DNA from: Dysosmobacter segnis | GTDB lineage: Bacteria > Bacillota > Clostridia > Lachnospirales > Lachnospiraceae | DNA: 64,000 bases | Direction: 5' to 3' | NCBI GenBank assembly: GCA_963659325.1 | Contig: CAVKTR010000005.1 | Coordinates: 2,817-66,816 of the forward strand | Shown: in pieces, positions 60,141 to 64,000 of the stretch | Layout of the letters: every line of letters starts with the position of its first letter | Position numbering within the stretch: the stretch's first letter is position 1 | Program-made: the position numbers and the translations under genes | The notes under the pieces: model-generated | The model's database searches: none | Seen by the model: the letters and a program-made list of their open reading frames with translations, nothing else | What the model was told of the DNA's origin: nothing

Positions 60141-60575
60141 ATGAAATCTGTCATCATTTATGCGTCTACGCATCATGGAAATACAAAAAAAATAGTGGAA
60201 GCAATTGCAAAGGAATGTGACGTGGAACTGGTGGATGCCACAAAAGTACCGGAAAAAGATTTATCCGGTTATGATGCGATTGGTTTTGCATCTGGCATTT
60301 ATGCCTCTAAATTTCATCAGTCTGTACTGAATTTCGCATCCGTCAATCTGCCGGAGGATAAAAAGATTTTTTATATCTGTACTTATGGCGCAAAAGGGTC
60401 CTACAAATCCATTGAAAAAGTAACTGCCGGAAGAAATGCAACATTGCTTGGAACTTTCGGCTGCAAGGGATTTAATACCTTTGGACCGTTTAAGCTGATC
60501 GGTGGAACCGGAAAAGGTTGTCCGACAGAAAATGATCTGCAGGCCGCAGTCGAATTTTATAAAGGACTGGAATAG
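60141..60575 (+). CDS. Flavodoxin-like protein
   Basis: YASTHHGNTKK, GFASGIY, CKGFNTFGPFKLIGG. Confidence 0.85.
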   Translation: MKSVIIYASTHHGNTKKIVEAIAKECDVELVDATKVPEKDLSGYDAIGFASGIYASKFHQSVLNFASVNLPEDKKIFYICTYGAKGSYKSIEKVTAGRNATLLGTFGCKGFNTFGPFKLIGGTGKGCPTENDLQAAVEFYKGLE

Positions 60576-60663
60576 ATAAAATTATTCACGAGTGGCAAAA
60601 AATATAAAAAACCAAATATGACTCAGACGAATGAGTGAAAACTGATAAAATGAATCAGATATG

Positions 60664-60706
60664 AAAAATGCCTTGCTGACGAATAATAGGTCAGCAGGGC
60701 ATTTTT
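60664..60706. terminator. Bidirectional terminator
   Basis: AAAAATGCCTTGCTGAC / GTCAGCAGGGCATTTTT. Confidence 0.8.
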
Positions 60707-60769
60707 GAAACTATGAAGAAAAGTCTGTAAATAAGATTCTTCTATGTTTTTTTGTTGATAAAAGATTTT

Positions 60770-61378
60770 TTAATCTCTTGGTGGCTGCTCATCAAATCTG
60801 TGCTCACCAAAATAGTATTCTGCATCATGTTCATTAATTTCCCGGTAAACTTTACACGGAGCACCAAATGCGATGACATTTGCAGGAATGTCTTTTGTCA
60901 CAACAGAACCTGCACCGATGACAGAGTTTTCGCCAATGATAACACCCGGAAGTACGGTCACATTTCCGCCAAGCCATACATTATCCCCGATGGTGATCGG
61001 GAAAGAGTACATACCGTCCATACGGTGTGAGGGATGAATCGGATGTCCTGTGGTGCATAATGTAACATTTGGTCCAATCAGTACGTTTTTTCCGATGGTA
61101 ATTTTCCAGTCATCGATCAGTGTCAGATTCATGTTGGCATAAGTGCCGGAACCGATAGATACATATTTGCCGACGGTGACGGTCAGTGGTGAATTGAACC
61201 AGACATTTTCCCCCACTTCACCGAAAATATCATGTAGCAGGGCTTCCCGTTCTTCCATGGCTTCCGGTGGCAGTTCATTGAATTTACGCACCAGTGTCTT
61301 ACATTTTGCCTGGAGCGCCATGTTTTCATCATCATCTTCCCAGATATACCCCTGTTTCATACGTTCTGTTTCTGTCAT
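60770..61378 (-). CDS. Maltose/galactoside O-acetyltransferase (hexapeptide repeat)
   Basis: IGPNV, GHP, PITIGDNVWLGG, VIGAGSVVTKDIP. Confidence 0.9.
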   Translation of the reverse strand: MTETERMKQGYIWEDDDENMALQAKCKTLVRKFNELPPEAMEEREALLHDIFGEVGENVWFNSPLTVTVGKYVSIGSGTYANMNLTLIDDWKITIGKNVLIGPNVTLCTTGHPIHPSHRMDGMYSFPITIGDNVWLGGNVTVLPGVIIGENSVIGAGSVVTKDIPANVIAFGAPCKVYREINEHDAEYYFGEHRFDEQPPRD

Positions 61379-61548
61379 TTTTGTTTTCCTCCAATACATA
61401 GATCAACATACGTTGTTATGGGAAATTATAGCATACACAAAAAGAACACACAACATAGTTTACAATGGTTATGATTGGTTATATAATGATAAAAAGCAAA
61501 TATGTTCGGTTGCAATTCAGAGGGGAATGAAGGGAGGAAAAGTTTTTT

Positions 61549-63510
61549 ATGAGCAGTCCAAAAGAACAGATTACACAAATAGATGATCGTTTGGAACAGC
61601 TGCCAAAAGGTACCTTAACTTACAAAAATATTAATGGGAAAAAGCAGCCTTATATACAAAAAACGGTTAATGGGAAGTCTGTTAGTTATTATGTAAAATT
61701 GTCAGAACGGGAATATATTTTGGAAGCCTTTGATGAACGAAAAAAGTTACTGGAACAAAGGCAGCGTCTGATGGCATATTTGGATGAGCTAAAAGATATT
61801 TTAATGTGGAATCCTTATCTGGATGAAAAAGTAGGATGTGGAAGTCAGAGTTTTCGTGAATTTGCCTGTGGCAAACAATTTTATGTGGACAAAACACAGT
61901 TTATCTCAGAATGGATGTTCAGTGAAGCAAAAGTAACTCTTATTACACGCCCAAGGCGCTTTGGAAAAACAACGATGATCAGCACCGTAGAATATTTCCT
62001 GGATCCAAGATTATCCGGTCATCCGGAATATTTTGAAAAATTGAATGTATGGAGAACTAGTCGGGTACGTGAATGGTATGGGAAAATACCAACGGTTTCT
62101 GTCAGCTTTGGCAGTTGTAAAGGTGCAAATTATAACCAGGCAATGAAAGGAATCAGTAATTCATTTTTTATGATGTATGATGCGCATAGTGAATTATTGA
62201 AAAGCAGCAGGTTGAGTGAAGATGACAGGGAAGAATATCGTTCTTTGCGTGAAATGTTTCGTAAAGGAGAGGTGGATCAGGCAGAAGTGGCTATACCGCG
62301 TCTGTGCAGACTGCTTTCTATTCACTATAATACTTTGCCGGTTATTTTACTGGATGAATATGATACGCCATTACTTGAGGCCTACACAGACGGATATTGG
62401 AATGAAATGATCGGAACCTGCCGCCAGCTGTTTCATTGTGCATTTAAGGAAAATCCTTATTATGACAGAGCGATTATTACCGGTATCACAAGAGTAACGA
62501 AAAATTCTTTATTTTCTGATATGAACAATATTGAAGTAGATACGGTAACATGTAGAGCATATAATGACAGTTTTGGATTCACAGAGAAGGAAGTATCTGA
62601 TGCTTTGAAATGTCAGAATCTAACGTCTATGTCAAAAATTAAATCTATGTACAATGGATTTATTATCGGAGGAAGGAAAGATATTTATAATCCATGGTCC
62701 ATCTGTAATTATCTTCGAAATGGTGAATTATTATCCTATTGGACAAATACGAGCAGTAATGAATTGATTCGTGATGTGATCCGCAAACATCCAGTACGCA
62801 GTAAGTATGAAATCGAACTGCTTATGTCAGGGGAAGTGATACATAAAGAAATTAATGAAAATATCACTTTTCAATATCTGGATGGTGATGAAAACAGCTT
62901 ATGGTCTCTTCTGTTGGCTTTCGGTTATATTAAGGCTGACAATGTGAAAAAGCGTGGTGAATTGACTGAATGTGATGTGTCAGTGACAAATCAGGAAGTA
63001 ATGGATATGTTTCGATATGAAATTCTTGAAATGTTCAAGAATGGCAATGCAATTTACAATGAATTCGTAACGGCCCTATTAGACCATCAGGCAGAGAAGA
63101 TGAGTGATATTCTGGCGGAGATTGCATATTCGTCAATGAGTTATTTTGATACAGGCAAACAGCCTTCTGATCGTATACCGGAAAATTTTTACCATGGACT
63201 TGTTCTTGGGCTGATCGTATCGCTGCGTGACAGATATCATATTCGTTTAAATCGGGAAAGTGGACGTGGCAGATATGATATTGCAATGTATCCGATCAAC
63301 AAAGAGGATGATGCATTTATTATGGAATTTAAGATACATGACAGCACGAATGAACAATCATTGGCTGATACAGCAGAAAATGCGTTGCAACAGATTGCGG
63401 AAAAAGCATATGAAACAGATCTGCTGGCAGCAGGCATTCCCGAAGATAAGATTTATAAAATAGGTTTTGCATTTTCCGGAAAAGATATTTTGGTGATAGA
63501 GCGAAAATAA
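61549..63510 (+). CDS. AAA-ATPase-like + PD-(D/E)XK nuclease protein with extra N-terminal domain
   Basis: YVDKT, RPRRFGKT, LLDEYDTP, YNPWS, YWTNTS, ENFYHG, NRESGRGRYD, MEFK, ALQQI. Confidence 0.88.
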   Translation: MSSPKEQITQIDDRLEQLPKGTLTYKNINGKKQPYIQKTVNGKSVSYYVKLSEREYILEAFDERKKLLEQRQRLMAYLDELKDILMWNPYLDEKVGCGSQSFREFACGKQFYVDKTQFISEWMFSEAKVTLITRPRRFGKTTMISTVEYFLDPRLSGHPEYFEKLNVWRTSRVREWYGKIPTVSVSFGSCKGANYNQAMKGISNSFFMMYDAHSELLKSSRLSEDDREEYRSLREMFRKGEVDQAEVAIPRLCRLLSIHYNTLPVILLDEYDTPLLEAYTDGYWNEMIGTCRQLFHCAFKENPYYDRAIITGITRVTKNSLFSDMNNIEVDTVTCRAYNDSFGFTEKEVSDALKCQNLTSMSKIKSMYNGFIIGGRKDIYNPWSICNYLRNGELLSYWTNTSSNELIRDVIRKHPVRSKYEIELLMSGEVIHKEINENITFQYLDGDENSLWSLLLAFGYIKADNVKKRGELTECDVSVTNQEVMDMFRYEILEMFKNGNAIYNEFVTALLDHQAEKMSDILAEIAYSSMSYFDTGKQPSDRIPENFYHGLVLGLIVSLRDRYHIRLNRESGRGRYDIAMYPINKEDDAFIMEFKIHDSTNEQSLADTAENALQQIAEKAYETDLLAAGIPEDKIYKIGFAFSGKDILVIERK

Positions 63511-63573
63511 TATATTTTGCATGGAGATAAAAATAAAGCCTATATCATAAATGAATAATGAATGGAGATAAAA

Positions 63574-63858
63574 ATGTCAGAAAAACGAACAGATGAATTA
63601 TATCGCGCCTTACAGGAAAAAGGCTATCCAGATGATTTTTGCAGAGAAATTGCATACAAACAGATGAATACCGATTACACAGCAATGCGAATGCTTGGAT
63701 ATTTGTATCGTATTTCAAATTCACGCCCGGAGGATGTGGTTGATGAAATGCTGGCGATTTTGAGTGACCGAAATGCAATCATTCAGAAGAAAGAAATGGA
63801 GCATGCGCAGGCTACAATGAATCGGGTATACAGAGATGGGCTGGATAATTTAGACTAA
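63574..63858 (+). CDS. Conserved-looking small helical hypothetical protein
   Basis: Clean ORF with GGAG SD; YPDDFC...TAMRMLGYL...VVDEMLAI. Confidence 0.65.
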   Translation: MSEKRTDELYRALQEKGYPDDFCREIAYKQMNTDYTAMRMLGYLYRISNSRPEDVVDEMLAILSDRNAIIQKKEMEHAQATMNRVYRDGLDNLD

Positions 63859-64000
63859 AGATACTGAATGATAGATGTATATGTATTATCGTATAGAGAA
63901 TGATGATGCTTATCAGATCATTACCTGGGCACAAAAGCACTATATAATTATAGGAAATCAAAAGATAACAGAAAGAGAGCGAAAAAGATATGGTACAACA

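Noticed and set aside
1..64000. Many overlapping antisense or alternate-frame ORFs in the track (e.g. 919-1572, 1639-2361, 46726-47547)
   Set aside because: They shadow well-supported genes and show no SD or recognisable motifs.

Overview
Gene-dense chromosomal window from a spore-forming Clostridia-class anaerobe, most likely Lachnospiraceae (inferred from gene content and protein style). Nearly all genes lie on the + strand. In order: a three-gene cluster of unknown function (DUF5717-like, Hsp70-fold DUF5716-like, TPR-like); a pantothenate/CoA operon (panG-like, panB, panC, panD, coaBC) with a structured leader; csoR-copA with a canonical CsoR operator; a HAD-phosphatase/extracellular-nuclease fusion; AraC/MATE; xpt and rlmH; yqfC-yqfD-phoH-ybeY; membrane and flavoprotein genes; mutS-mutL-miaA-ynbB; radC-mreBCD-mrdA-minD-rodA-mgsA-dac, with no minC or minE; yggS-sepF-lspA-rluD; a raffinose locus (AraC, ABC transporter, AgaSK, sucrose-phosphate phosphorylase); flavodoxin; a sugar acetyltransferase; and an AAA/PD-(D/E)XK gene. 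I saw no tRNA, rRNA, CRISPR array or transposase. The best leads are an in-frame CopZ-like gene with its own strong Shine-Dalgarno nested in the 3' end of copA, the HAD-nuclease fusion, the switch-like pan leader, the DUF5717/DUF5716/TPR cluster and an orphan minD. All family calls come from recognising motifs by eye, not from database searches.
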